A stretch of DNA of 60,988 nt, the filler included, from Chloroflexota bacterium (GTDB taxonomy: Bacteria > Chloroflexota > Chloroflexia > QHBQ01), in assembly GCA_043754535.1 (NCBI GenBank). It is 6 parts of 5 records of this genome, joined end to end, with 100 filler letters (N's around TTAATTAATTAA, not from the genome) between each part and the next. Parts side by side here need not be neighbours in the genome. Positions count along the whole stretch, not along the records: positions 8,037 to 31,646 come from JAYUUN010000122.1; 5 more parts are not named here. One strand, 5' to 3'. Under the pieces are notes generated by a model. The model saw only the letters and a list, made by a program, of their open reading frames with translations, was not told the origin of the DNA and searched no databases. Every line of letters starts with the position of its first letter. Positions within the stretch are counted from its first letter, which is position 1. A program made the position numbers and the translations under genes. This document shows positions 17,606-27,263 of this stretch, one piece after another.

Positions 17606-18958
17606 ATGTTTAATAGTTCACAAATCAGGATGGTGGCGGCAGCGATTATAGCTGCGACGCTGCTGTTTGGCTGCGACAGCAGCGTATCTACATTGCCACA
17701 GCAAGCAGTGGCTACTGCGAGCATTTCCACACCAACTACTACTAGTGGCAACACACCGCCGCTCCCCACCGCTCCGCTTGCAACGGCTTCACAGCAAACA
17801 GTGGCTACCGCAAGCGTCCCCGCACTAGCTAACACTGATGCTGACATCGCAACGCCTTATCCTTACACCGCCCCAGCTGCAACGGTTCTTAGCCAGGAGA
17901 GTATCAACCCTGACTCAGCAGGTACTCCGATCATCTGGGCTGTAGAGTCCAAGGAGTCGCTCACTATCTGGCTGGGTTACTTTAATGATCAACCCACAGC
18001 CCGGATGACGAATGCACACCCGCTCCTGCAATGGCAAGGTAACTTCATAGTTTTGGACATGAAGGTTTCACCGAGCAAACGTTCGGTTGCCGCCCTGGTA
18101 TCAGAGGACAAGCCGCAGGAGGGTCTGGCCCGTTGGATCGCTCTCATTGACCTGAACACGAACAGCGTACAAAGCGCATCGGACTACATGGCACCAGAAA
18201 CCAGCGGCGCGTACTCCATACTTGGTTGGATCGATGAGACCACTATCGCCTTCCAATCTTTTAACAGCGTGAGATTTGCGTCACTGGCGACCCGCAAGGC
18301 GACTCAGTGTCCATTTCCCGTAAGGCACTGGGGGGCAGTAAAAAGCGCACTTTCACCAGACCGTAGATCAATCCTTTCCCTGGTGATAGGAGATCAAGAA
18401 CACACCGGTTACTGGCGATACAACGTGGACTGCAGCAATCTCCAACAGGTGGTCGACTCCGAGCATCTTATCCCAGGTCGTATCTTTAGTTGGTCGTCAG
18501 ATGGCAGAACAGTCAGCTTCGTTAATGAGTCCAGACCAGACGCTAGCAAGCAGCGAATCTGGACGCTGGATGTAGAGAGCGGCAAGCAGCAGCTGATCAC
18601 TGAAAGCAATGCCTGGAGTGCTGATCCAGCATGGTCACCCGATGGCAAACGGCTAGCATACCTCCAGGCAAGCACATCGCTAAGATTCAACGAGCAGCTA
18701 GATCCTAGTCACCCGTGGGCAGCGGACACCAACATCTTTGTTACTGGTGAAGGTCTGGCTACAGCACAACAAGTGAACAGCAGCCCGCCGAGAGCCCATG
18801 CTAACCTGACCTGGATCAACAGCAACTACCTAGTCATGGCCTCTGGTACCAAAAGCAGTCGAACAAGTCTCGTTGCGATCTCGCTTACTGGTCAGGCAAC
18901 TAACTTGCAGACCGCGCCCACCGGGGCAGGCATTGTTTGGCTGGCAGTTGTCCGCTAA
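17606..18958 (+). CDS. Lipoprotein with PD40/TolB-like beta-propeller
   Basis: RBS AAGGAG, lipobox LLFGC, Thr/Pro linker, LSPDR/WSSDG/PAWSPDG repeats; visibly lower GC than neighbours. Confidence 0.8.
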   Translation: MFNSSQIRMVAAAIIAATLLFGCDSSVSTLPQQAVATASISTPTTTSGNTPPLPTAPLATASQQTVATASVPALANTDADIATPYPYTAPAATVLSQESINPDSAGTPIIWAVESKESLTIWLGYFNDQPTARMTNAHPLLQWQGNFIVLDMKVSPSKRSVAALVSEDKPQEGLARWIALIDLNTNSVQSASDYMAPETSGAYSILGWIDETTIAFQSFNSVRFASLATRKATQCPFPVRHWGAVKSALSPDRRSILSLVIGDQEHTGYWRYNVDCSNLQQVVDSEHLIPGRIFSWSSDGRTVSFVNESRPDASKQRIWTLDVESGKQQLITESNAWSADPAWSPDGKRLAYLQASTSLRFNEQLDPSHPWAADTNIFVTGEGLATAQQVNSSPPRAHANLTWINSNYLVMASGTKSSRTSLVAISLTGQATNLQTAPTGAGIVWLAVVR

Positions 18959-18983
18959 CAGAACACATAGTGAGAGGTGAGTT

Positions 18984-19046
18984 ATGAAAAGATTGCGGCT
19001 TAGTATTAGCCTCACAGCAATGGCTTTGATCAGTGACAAGCTCTAG
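18984..19046 (+). pseudogene. Truncated secreted-protein remnant (20 aa)
   Basis: GAGAGGTGA RBS then MKRLRLSISLTAMALISDKL*, resembling a signal peptide cut short. Confidence 0.35.
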
Positions 19047-19076
19047 CTTAGCAGGCCAAGCGTGCAGAGCCTACCC

Positions 19077-21704
19077 TCACGCCGCGAACAACTGCTCGTC
19101 CTCCTCTGCCAATGGCAACGGTAGCAGGCGTGGGCTGGCAGGTGGCGGTGGGGTAGGTAGGGCAGCAGGCAGGCTGTCGCGCTCGGCGGTGAAGCTGCAC
19201 GCACTGCACTTGACCGTCTGCCCATCCTTCCCGCGCAGGGTGAGCAATGCGCCGCAGGCAGGGCAGGGTGGGCTGGCAAGAGGCCGATCCCAGAGCGAGT
19301 AGACGCAATCGGGGTAGCGGCCACAACTGAAGAAGACGCGCCCCTTCTTACTGCGCTTCTCGATAATCTCGCCCTGCGCGCACTGGGGGCAGGTTACGCC
19401 GGTGCCGCCGCCAAAGGGCCGCGTGTTGCGGCAGTTGGGGAAGCCAGAGCAGGCGATGAACTTGCCGTAGCGACCGAGCTTGATCACTAGCGGGCTGGCG
19501 CACTTCTCGCACGCTTCACCAGTCGGTAGATCGCGCACGACCACCTTACCGATAGCAGTGTCGGCTAGCTCTACCGCTTCATGCAGAGGATTGTAGAAGC
19601 TGGCGATCACCGGCTGCCAGGCTCGTTCGCCGTTAGAGATGTCGTCAAGCTCCTGCTCCATGCGCGAGGTGAAGCTGGGATTGACGATGGCGGCGAAGTG
19701 CTGCACCAGCAGATCGTTGACGATCATACCCAGTTCGGTCGGCACCAGCTTCTTGTCTTCGCGCATCACGTAGCCGCGATCCTGGATCGTCGCCAGGGTC
19801 GGGGCGTAGGTGCTGGGGCGGCCAATCCCCTGCTCCTCCAACATCTTGACCAGGCTAGCCTCGGTGTAGCGCGGGGGCGGCTGGGTAAAGTGCTGCAAGG
19901 GGAGCAGCTTGAGCAGGTCGAGCGGTTCGCCCACCTCAAGTCGGGGCAGCGGCGGTTGCTTGTCCTCCGCTTGCTCGGCGGTCTCGTCATCGTTGTCCTC
20001 GCGGTAGACAGCCAGGAAGCCAGGAAACTTAATCACGCTGCCACTGGTACGGAACAGGTAGGGTTGGCTCGTCCCCTTGCCCGCTGCGATCTCCACGCTG
20101 GTGCTGTCGAAGACGGCCTGGGTCATCTGGCTGGCAAGGAAGCGTTGCCAGATCAGCTTGTAGAGCTTGTACTGCTCAGCGGTCAGGCTGGCCTTGATCG
20201 CCTCAGGATCGCGACCTACTACCGTAGGGCGGATCGCCTCATGGGCTTCTTGTGCGTTCTTCGACTTCTTGGTGTAGGTGGGTGGGGCGGGGGGCAGGTA
20301 TGATTCGCCATAACGAGCGGCGATCACCTGCCGCGCCTCGGCCTGGGCTGAAGCCGCCACGTTGGTGCTGTCTGTCCGCATATAGGTGATCAGGCCCACG
20401 CTGCCCTCGCCACCACCCACGTCGATGCCCTCGTAGAGTTGCTGGGCGATGATCATCGTGCGTCGGGCGGTATAGCCAAGCTTGCGGCCCGCCTCCTGCT
20501 GCAAGGTGCTGGTGGTGAAGGGCGCAACGGGGCTGCGGCGCACCTCCCGTGTCTTGACGCTGCTAACCACGTAACCTGCACCGTCCAAGCCCTTGATGAT
20601 GGCGTTGGCATCTTCAGCGTTGCCGATCTCTGCCTTCTTGCCGTTGACCTGGGCCAGGGCAGCGTGGAACTGGTCGCTGCGCTTTGGCTTTGCCACCTGC
20701 TTCTGCAAGTCAACTTCGATGCTCCAATACTCGACCGCTACGAACGCCTCGATCTCACGCTCGCGCTCGACGATCAGGCGCACCGCCACCGACTGCACCC
20801 GGCCTGCACTGAGGCCACCCTTCACCTTGCGCCAGAGGATGGGGCTGATGCTGTAACCAACCAGCCGATCCAGGATGCGCCGTGCTTGCTGGGCATTGAC
20901 CAAATCCATATCCAGCGTGCGTGGGTGGGCGATGGCGTGCTGCACAGCCTCCTTAGTCACCTCATGAAACTCCACGCGGTAGACTGGCTTGCCAGCAGCC
21001 TGGGTTGCCTCCAACAGATGCCAGGCGATGGCCTCCCCTTCGCGGTCTGGGTCGGTCGCCAGGTAGATCGCCTTCGCTCGTGCCACATCCGCTTTCAGTT
21101 CCTTGACGGTCGCGCTCTTTTCACGAGGGATCAGGTACTGGGGGGTAAAGTCGTGTTCGGTGTCCACCCCCATCTTGCTCTTGGGTAGGTCGCGCACGTG
21201 GCCGTAGCTGGCGCGCACCGCATATCCACGACCGAGGTACTTGCTGATTGTCTTCGCCTTCGTCGGCGACTCGACGATCACCAGGTTGACCCCCTGGGGG
21301 ATGGTGCTGACCGAGGCGCGCACACTGCTGCTACCCTCGCCAGTTGCCTTCTTCGTCGTTCGGCTGGTGGTACTACGGGTGGTGCTGGTTGCCTTCTTTA
21401 TTGTGCTGCGCGCTGTCGTGCCGCTCGCCTTCTTTGTCGTGCTGCGCGTAGTAGTGCCATTCGCCTTCTTTGTCGTTGCCTTCTTCGTCGGGGTGGTAGC
21501 ATCGGCACTAGCAGTGGAAGCAGCACGCTTGCGCGGAGCAACGATGGGCGCACTGGGGTCAGTAGTAATGGCAGCAGCGGCCCGCTTGCGCGGAGCAGCG
21601 ACAGGCGCAGTAGGGTCGGCAGCAGGGGCGGCAGCACGCTTGCGGGTAGTAGGGGAGGGTGTAGGGGCTTCAGCGTCGCCTGCGATAATCTTTTTCGTGG
21701 GCAT
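19077..21704 (-). CDS. topA: DNA topoisomerase I (type IA) with an N-terminal basic low-complexity extension
   Basis: LVIVESPTKAKTI, ATDPDREGE, SAGRVQS, LITYMRTDS, AHEAIRP, GIGRPSTY, three C-terminal Zn ribbons. Confidence 0.97.
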   Translation of the reverse strand: MPTKKIIAGDAEAPTPSPTTRKRAAAPAADPTAPVAAPRKRAAAAITTDPSAPIVAPRKRAASTASADATTPTKKATTKKANGTTTRSTTKKASGTTARSTIKKATSTTRSTTSRTTKKATGEGSSSVRASVSTIPQGVNLVIVESPTKAKTISKYLGRGYAVRASYGHVRDLPKSKMGVDTEHDFTPQYLIPREKSATVKELKADVARAKAIYLATDPDREGEAIAWHLLEATQAAGKPVYRVEFHEVTKEAVQHAIAHPRTLDMDLVNAQQARRILDRLVGYSISPILWRKVKGGLSAGRVQSVAVRLIVEREREIEAFVAVEYWSIEVDLQKQVAKPKRSDQFHAALAQVNGKKAEIGNAEDANAIIKGLDGAGYVVSSVKTREVRRSPVAPFTTSTLQQEAGRKLGYTARRTMIIAQQLYEGIDVGGGEGSVGLITYMRTDSTNVAASAQAEARQVIAARYGESYLPPAPPTYTKKSKNAQEAHEAIRPTVVGRDPEAIKASLTAEQYKLYKLIWQRFLASQMTQAVFDSTSVEIAAGKGTSQPYLFRTSGSVIKFPGFLAVYREDNDDETAEQAEDKQPPLPRLEVGEPLDLLKLLPLQHFTQPPPRYTEASLVKMLEEQGIGRPSTYAPTLATIQDRGYVMREDKKLVPTELGMIVNDLLVQHFAAIVNPSFTSRMEQELDDISNGERAWQPVIASFYNPLHEAVELADTAIGKVVVRDLPTGEACEKCASPLVIKLGRYGKFIACSGFPNCRNTRPFGGGTGVTCPQCAQGEIIEKRSKKGRVFFSCGRYPDCVYSLWDRPLASPPCPACGALLTLRGKDGQTVKCSACSFTAERDSLPAALPTPPPPASPRLLPLPLAEEDEQLFAA

Positions 21705-21767
21705 GATAATCTCTTCTCTGGATTTGTAGCATCGAGCTTGCGCCCACAATCGCGCAGGCGTAATTTC

Positions 21768-21797
21768 ACTATAACTACTTTGACGGCCTATTGTCAA
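21768..21797 (-). promoter_or_regulatory. topA promoter
   Basis: TTGACA-N18-TATAGT on the minus strand; argues for the ATG at 21704 as start. Confidence 0.6.
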
Positions 21798-21928
21798 GCG
21801 GGCGCAAAAGATTCACACAACGGGCTAATGCTTCATGGTGGCGCGGTGGGCGACTAAAGCGATGGGTGGGGAGGAGGTATGACCCCCAGCCCCACCCATC
21901 TACTTGCACCTTGCGCCAGGGCGATTGG

Positions 21929-23581
21929 TTAGTGGGCCATCACCGGTGCAGAGTCGCTGCTCTTTTGGTCGGCCTGTTGGCTGCTGGACATTCGCTCGTA
22001 GCGACCAGGCCAGCCAGGTAGGGTGAGGGCCAGGACAGCCGAGGCTACTGCCAGGCCAAAGGTGATCCAGTAGCAGGCTTCAAAGCCATTGATGTACTCG
22101 TTGCCGAACTTGAGGATCGCTTCCCTAGCTGGCGGTGGCAGGTTGGCTGGGAGGTTGGCAAAGTCCAGACGAGCCGCGCTAGCTGTGCCGCTGGGTGCCT
22201 GACCAGGGGTGAGAGCTTTGGTTAGCACAGTAGCAAGGGCAGCCACGCCGATAGCCTGCACCACCTGCCGCGTGGAGTTGACCAGTGCGCTAGCCCCGGT
22301 CGTCTCCTGCACCGGCACATCACGCAGAGCAGCAACGAAGCTGTTTTGGATCACCAGGGCGAAACCCACACCGCGAATGATCAGCAACAGGGTGATATAA
22401 CCGAGGTCGGTGTCCAGCTTGATCTGCGCCAACTGCCAGGTGTTGACTGCCAGCAAGAGGAAGCCCAACACCAGCGGCAGGCGTGGCCCGATGCGGTCAG
22501 CGACAATACCAGCGATGGGGATCAGGATGCCAGCGGTGATCGCCAGCGGCAGTAGAAAGAGACCAGTGTCGAAGGCCGACTTGCCCCGCAGGATTTGCAG
22601 ATAGAGCGGCAGCAGGAACTCAGCCCCAAATAGGGCGATGATGCCGACGTAGCCAACGAGGTTGGCGAGGGCGAAGCTCCTGATCTGGAACAGGCGGATG
22701 TCCAACACGGGGTCTTTGACCCGCAACTCGGTGATCGTAAAGAGGATCAGGCCGACGAAACCAACCGCGAACAGGGTCAGTACCAGTGGGTCGCCCCAGC
22801 CGCGGCCTTCTTCACCTGCAATCGAGGCGGCGTAGAGGACGGAGCCGAAACCAATGGTCGAAAAGAAGATGCCCAGCCAGTCAGTGCGGGCTGTGCTACT
22901 ACTACGCTGCTCGCGCAAGAAGCGGGAGGCGATGAAGACGGCTATGATACCGAGGGGAACGTTGATGTAGAAAATCCAGGGGATCAGCTTAGCATCAACA
23001 AATGCCCCGCCAAGCAGTGGGCCGATAGCTGGGGCGAACACCAGCGAGATACCAAAGATACCGAGTGCCTTGCCGCGCTCTGCGGGCGGGAAGGCGGCGA
23101 ACAGCAGGCCAGTACCAAGCGGTAGGGCAATACCGCCACCAACCCCTTGCACGGCGCGAGCGGCGATCAGCCAGAAGATGTCGCGGCTGAAGCTGATCGC
23201 CAGGCCGCAGAGTAGCGAACCGATAACGAACAGGGCGATGCCACCAACGTAGATGCGCTTGGTGCCGAAGCGGTTGCCGAGGAAGGCCGAGAGCGGGGTG
23301 GCAATGCCCAGTGCAAGGGTGTAGAGGCTGATCGTCCACTGCGCCTCATTTGTCTTGACTCCGTACTGGTCTTGCAGGCCGCGCAGGGCGACGTTAACGA
23401 CGGTAGTATCCAGCAGCACGATAAAGAGGCCGCCGAGGACCGCGACCAATACCTTCCACTTGTAGCTGGGGTCGGTTTCGGCGGGGGCATTAGCCCCCCA
23501 CTGCTGGGGCGGGCCGCCTGCCTTGCCTGCCTTAGCCACGGCCAGGCCACTAGCCGCAGTGTGTTGATCCTTCATCTCCAC
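21929..23581 (-). CDS. DHA2 (EmrB/QacA-family) MFS efflux transporter
   Basis: LDTTVVNVAL, NRFGTKR, ARAVQGVGGG, PAIGPLLGG, WIFYINVPLG; about 14 TM. Confidence 0.93.
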   Translation of the reverse strand: MEMKDQHTAASGLAVAKAGKAGGPPQQWGANAPAETDPSYKWKVLVAVLGGLFIVLLDTTVVNVALRGLQDQYGVKTNEAQWTISLYTLALGIATPLSAFLGNRFGTKRIYVGGIALFVIGSLLCGLAISFSRDIFWLIAARAVQGVGGGIALPLGTGLLFAAFPPAERGKALGIFGISLVFAPAIGPLLGGAFVDAKLIPWIFYINVPLGIIAVFIASRFLREQRSSSTARTDWLGIFFSTIGFGSVLYAASIAGEEGRGWGDPLVLTLFAVGFVGLILFTITELRVKDPVLDIRLFQIRSFALANLVGYVGIIALFGAEFLLPLYLQILRGKSAFDTGLFLLPLAITAGILIPIAGIVADRIGPRLPLVLGFLLLAVNTWQLAQIKLDTDLGYITLLLIIRGVGFALVIQNSFVAALRDVPVQETTGASALVNSTRQVVQAIGVAALATVLTKALTPGQAPSGTASAARLDFANLPANLPPPAREAILKFGNEYINGFEACYWITFGLAVASAVLALTLPGWPGRYERMSSSQQADQKSSDSAPVMAH

Positions 23582-24217
23582 TTACTTGTTCTCCTTATTG
23601 CTAATGCCATCAAGGAACGTGTCTACAATTACGTCGGCGATGCCTCGCCCGTGACAATCGTGGCGCGGGATCATCTCACGCGGCTTGCCAACCACCACGC
23701 TGGTGGACATGAACAGCCAGGTGATCATCCGGGTGTCAATCGTCGGCTGCAACTCGCCGTTTGCTACCCCCTGCGCAAACAGGGCGTGGGTGGGGCCAAA
23801 AATGTCGCGCTCAAAGGCCTGGGCTACCATCTGCCGCCGCTCGTCGTCGAGGTTGAGCGTAATGTTTGCCATCATGCCATCCATATCATAGGTCGCGCTA
23901 GAATACATATAGTTGACCATCGCCTTTAGCCCATCACGGATGCCCTTGCCTGCGGTCAGGCGATCAAGATCACGGTGGTGGCGGGCAGTCTGGCGGATCA
24001 ACATCTGGGTGTACAACTCTTGCTTGTCGCGGAAGTAGTAATAGATTGCGGGCTTGCTCACAGTGCAAGCCTCGGCTAGCTGACTCATGGACATCCCACG
24101 GTAGCCCTGCTCACTAAACAGGTGCGCGGCTTGCTCCATAATCCGCTCCAGGGTATCATCACCATTGATGTAGCTTTGCTCTGCCAATCTTTTCCTGCCC
24201 TCTAGCCAGCTAAACAA
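23582..24217 (-). CDS. TetR/AcrR-family regulator
   Basis: AAHLFSEQGYRGMSMSQLAEACTVSKPAIYYYFRDKQELY; stop codon abuts the MFS start. Confidence 0.95.
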   Translation of the reverse strand: MFSWLEGRKRLAEQSYINGDDTLERIMEQAAHLFSEQGYRGMSMSQLAEACTVSKPAIYYYFRDKQELYTQMLIRQTARHHRDLDRLTAGKGIRDGLKAMVNYMYSSATYDMDGMMANITLNLDDERRQMVAQAFERDIFGPTHALFAQGVANGELQPTIDTRMITWLFMSTSVVVGKPREMIPRHDCHGRGIADVIVDTFLDGISNKENK

Positions 24218-24231
24218 CTCACCACATCCTA

Positions 24232-24319
24232 CTTACCGTTCGGTCAGATTATACGATAACTTGCTCGAACTGTCAAGGGTTTTGTCCTTTTGGGCCAAAA
24301 CCGCTTACCGCCAGGTCAG
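24232..24319 (-). promoter_or_regulatory. Consensus promoter flanked by two putative TetR operators
   Basis: TTGACA (24271-24276)-N17-TATAAT (24248-24253) on the minus strand; near-palindromes CTTACCGTTCGGTCAG (24232-24247) and CTTACCGCCAGGTCAG (24304-24319). Confidence 0.8.
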
Positions 24320-24395
24320 CTTGAGCCAGTGCCAGGCAGCAAAGCGGGACGGCTTGAGGCCGCCCCTTGCATCTACGAACTAGGTAGTAGCCGCA

Positions 24396-25253
24396 TCAGG
24401 GTTGTGGTGGGGTGATCGGCGGAGTGGCGTTGTCGATGCTAGCCCCTAGCTTCTTGTACTTCTGCACGAAAGCATCAGCACGAGCTTCGTCAAAGACATC
24501 CATGTTCAGCATCCTGCGCCAGGCCATAACTGCGATGCGCTGCTTCATGTTCGGGTAGGGAGCGACCAGCACCGTGTCCCCACTCTCGATAGCAACTTGC
24601 TCGGCGGTCAGGCCGCTCTGCCCCTGGTACTGGCTAGCGTTGTCGTACTTGGCAGCAAACTTCTTTAGCTTGTCCACCAGGTCAGGGCAGTTGCAGTTGT
24701 AGAAGACGAGGACGTTGCCATGCTCAAGCATATGCACGCCGTACTTCGGCCCCATTGGGCTGCTGCTGACGAATGAGGGGGGGAACACCTCATTGTGTAC
24801 GCCAGAAGTGGGTGGGGAACTGTTGTACTTGAAGGCGGCGATCTCTGCATCGCTGACGTGCTGACCCCCCTGTGAGGGGAAGATCACCTCGCTGCCCTCG
24901 GTCGTGGTCGGGGTGAGGGTAGCGATCTGCGGCAGATTGGAGTCGAAGGCCAGCGGCGCATTCTGGTCGCCCTTAAACAGGCCGGGCAGGAAGATGAAGG
25001 CCGCCAGCCCGCCAAAGATGACCAGGGTGGCGATCACAGCGATCAGAGCCACGTTGCTGCCAGCCTGCGGGGCAGGGGCGCGGCGTGGCTGCTGCACACG
25101 GCTGGGGGTGATCGGTGGGCGGCTGGCCGGGGTGGGCGGCTGCTGCGGACGTGTTGCTGTCGCTGGCGTGGCTGGGCGGTTGCTGCTACCGCTGTTGGTG
25201 TTTCGGTTGCTACGCGGGGTGCGACTACCATTGGGGTTGCGGTTGCTACTCAA
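24396..25253 (-). CDS. DUF3105-domain membrane-anchored protein
   Basis: Basic N-terminus, TM, YNSSPPTSGVH, VHMLEHGNV..YNC, VAPYP, AW. Confidence 0.8.
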   Translation of the reverse strand: MSSNRNPNGSRTPRSNRNTNSGSSNRPATPATATRPQQPPTPASRPPITPSRVQQPRRAPAPQAGSNVALIAVIATLVIFGGLAAFIFLPGLFKGDQNAPLAFDSNLPQIATLTPTTTEGSEVIFPSQGGQHVSDAEIAAFKYNSSPPTSGVHNEVFPPSFVSSSPMGPKYGVHMLEHGNVLVFYNCNCPDLVDKLKKFAAKYDNASQYQGQSGLTAEQVAIESGDTVLVAPYPNMKQRIAVMAWRRMLNMDVFDEARADAFVQKYKKLGASIDNATPPITPPQP

Positions 25254-25406
25254 TGCGGCTTGCTCCTGACTAGAGGGGTAACTACCGCTCTATTGTACCA
25301 GAAAGCCGCGGCTGTTGGCGAATAACTGGCAAAGGTGAGCAGGGGGCTACCCAGCCGCTCATCTGCGCTACTAACCCGCTGGCTGGGGGCCAGCCAGCAG
25401 GCAAGC

Positions 25407-25439
25407 AAAAAAACCCTCCACAGCAAGGTGGAGGGTTTT
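25407..25439 (-). terminator. Rho-independent terminator
   Basis: A7-CCCTCCAC-agcaag-GTGGAGGG-TTTT, downstream of 25462-26547(-). Confidence 0.85.
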
Positions 25440-25461
25440 GATAGAGCAGAGAGGCTGCCAG

Positions 25462-26547
25462 TTAGGGTAGCACCTCGACGGTCAGTTGCAGCATCCCCTT
25501 GCTGAGGGGAGCGAGTTGGGCGAACACCTGACGGCTGAGGTCAACCACGATCCCCTTGCGGCGCACCGAGGCAATGTCGCGGTAGGCGATCACATCTACC
25601 AGTTGTGCGTCAACGTGCTTGCCGCCATAGCTGATCCGCACGGTGTGGCCGTAAAGTCGATACTTTTCGGTGATGTCCTCTGGCAGAGCGGCGTACATCC
25701 CGCTTCCCCGATAGTCGGCAGGCAGGTTGCCCCAGCCCTTGTTCAAGCGGATCAGCGTACTCCAATCGGTATCAAAGTAAGTACACCAACCACTCCAACT
25801 CATGCCAATAGCGGCGGGGTCGGCCTCCCACTTAGCGGTAGGTCGCTCTCCTCCCCGCGAGGTCGGGGTCGGGCGGGCCGGTTGGGCTACCTTCTGGGCG
25901 GGGGCTGCGGCTGCCACGACGCGGCTGAACAGGACAGGGTGCTGTTCGGGGTAAAGCCGCTCCAGACCGAGCAGGCCGAGGTTAACCTTCTCCTGCTTGG
26001 CATCCCACTCGAAGCGGGCGCGCTCGAACCACTGCACCACCTTGCCAGTCGCATCGTCCGGTTCGGAGAGGGGATAGCCAAAGCGAGTGAGTCCACCATT
26101 CGCCTGCCAGTAGGCAAGGAAGCGGCGACTGAGCGAATGTCCACTCTGTACGAAGTAGACACTGTCGCTGCGGTTCTTGAAGGCGGCTACTTTGGCGAAG
26201 CTGTGGCCGCTGGTTAGTTCGCTGCCCAGCAGACCAGGCTTGACTGCGCCATTTGCCTGCTGCTCCAGACGAGCGCGTTCAAAGTATTGTAGCGTGCTGC
26301 CGTCCGCCTGCGGCATGGGCGGGGCTATCGGGTAGCCGAGCAAGTTGACCTGGCCGTTGCCAAGCCAGTAATCCAATAGGGGGCCAGCCACGATGTGACC
26401 GGTCTCTTTGAAAAAGAGACTGTTGGGCGCAGCTTGCGCCGGGCCGAGGGGGACGATCAGGATAGCGAGCAGGCCGAGTGTCGCAAAGGCGACTACGGGT
26501 CGGGCTACAGGGCTAGGGTTACTACCTTCTGACACTACGGGTTCCAA
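25462..26547 (-). CDS. Secreted protein: ETGH/QYFERAR repeats plus RlpA/expansin-like double-psi beta-barrel
   Basis: FFKETGH..GYPI..QYFERARLE twice; C-terminal GWCTYF..YAAL..GHTVRI..LVD..VVDLSRQVFAQLA. Confidence 0.75.
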   Translation of the reverse strand: MEPVVSEGSNPSPVARPVVAFATLGLLAILIVPLGPAQAAPNSLFFKETGHIVAGPLLDYWLGNGQVNLLGYPIAPPMPQADGSTLQYFERARLEQQANGAVKPGLLGSELTSGHSFAKVAAFKNRSDSVYFVQSGHSLSRRFLAYWQANGGLTRFGYPLSEPDDATGKVVQWFERARFEWDAKQEKVNLGLLGLERLYPEQHPVLFSRVVAAAAPAQKVAQPARPTPTSRGGERPTAKWEADPAAIGMSWSGWCTYFDTDWSTLIRLNKGWGNLPADYRGSGMYAALPEDITEKYRLYGHTVRISYGGKHVDAQLVDVIAYRDIASVRRKGIVVDLSRQVFAQLAPLSKGMLQLTVEVLP

Positions 26548-26793
26548 CCTCCACTACCAACCTTGCGGTCGCATCTACCCCAGCACGTGTGCTGCGGGCA
26601 GGATGATCGGCGCGGGTGCGGGACGAAGAATACAACGATCCTTACAGCCCCATCGGTTCCAACAAAGGCACCTGCCGACTTCGGAAGATTAAAGAAAGAT
26701 GAAAATAGCTCCCTCATGCTACCATATGGTACATCACCTTGTCAATAGGCAAATCAGGCAATCGCTGGCAGAAGCCGATAGTACCAGAGCCAA

Positions 26794-26822
26794 CGGTAAG
26801 GTAACTGGTAAGGTTGCTCTGC
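26794..26822 (+). promoter_or_regulatory. GGTAAGG direct-repeat motif, site 1
   Basis: cGGTAAGGtaactGGTAAGGttgctctgc, 12-bp period. Confidence 0.6.
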
Positions 26823-27263
26823 AAAGGTGGGCATGGTACTTTTGGGCTATGCTATGCCTACACCACGCGCTGAAAATTTGATCTTGCCCCTCACAGCACC
26901 GCCACAAAAGGTTCATCTTCTGGTGAAAAATAGTACCAATGGGCTAGCCGCTTGCGCTTCCCTTTCATATATAACGTGTGCTATATTGCACACGTTCGTT
27001 TCAGAGGGGCGGTAACGTCACTATGGAGCGGGCGGAGGTGGCACAGTCGCGTGGTGGCGGCCTGTCCGTTGGTCAATCAGTCAGGCTAACGTTGCCCTTG
27101 CAACGCAGCTTGCTTGTGCAGGTTCCCTGGTGTACCGCGGCGGCATCCCCCACCACGAGAAAGCGTGTGTCATCCTCCAGCGTCAGAACCGTGCCAGCAA
27201 GCGCGGTTTGTACGACCGGGCAGCAAGACTTGCCCGGTGTCCCAAGAAAGGATCTGCGAGCAG

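Noticed and set aside
21705..21797. Longest-ORF starts for topA, and likewise 16617, 27114, 43806, 48458 and 49443
   Set aside because: Downstream starts have better RBS, signal peptide or promoter placement.
26745..27110. c-di-GMP-I or c-di-AMP (ydaO) riboswitch
   Set aside because: Only fragments (GGCAAA, GTCAGGCTAAC) resemble the consensus; the required flanking motifs were not found by eye.
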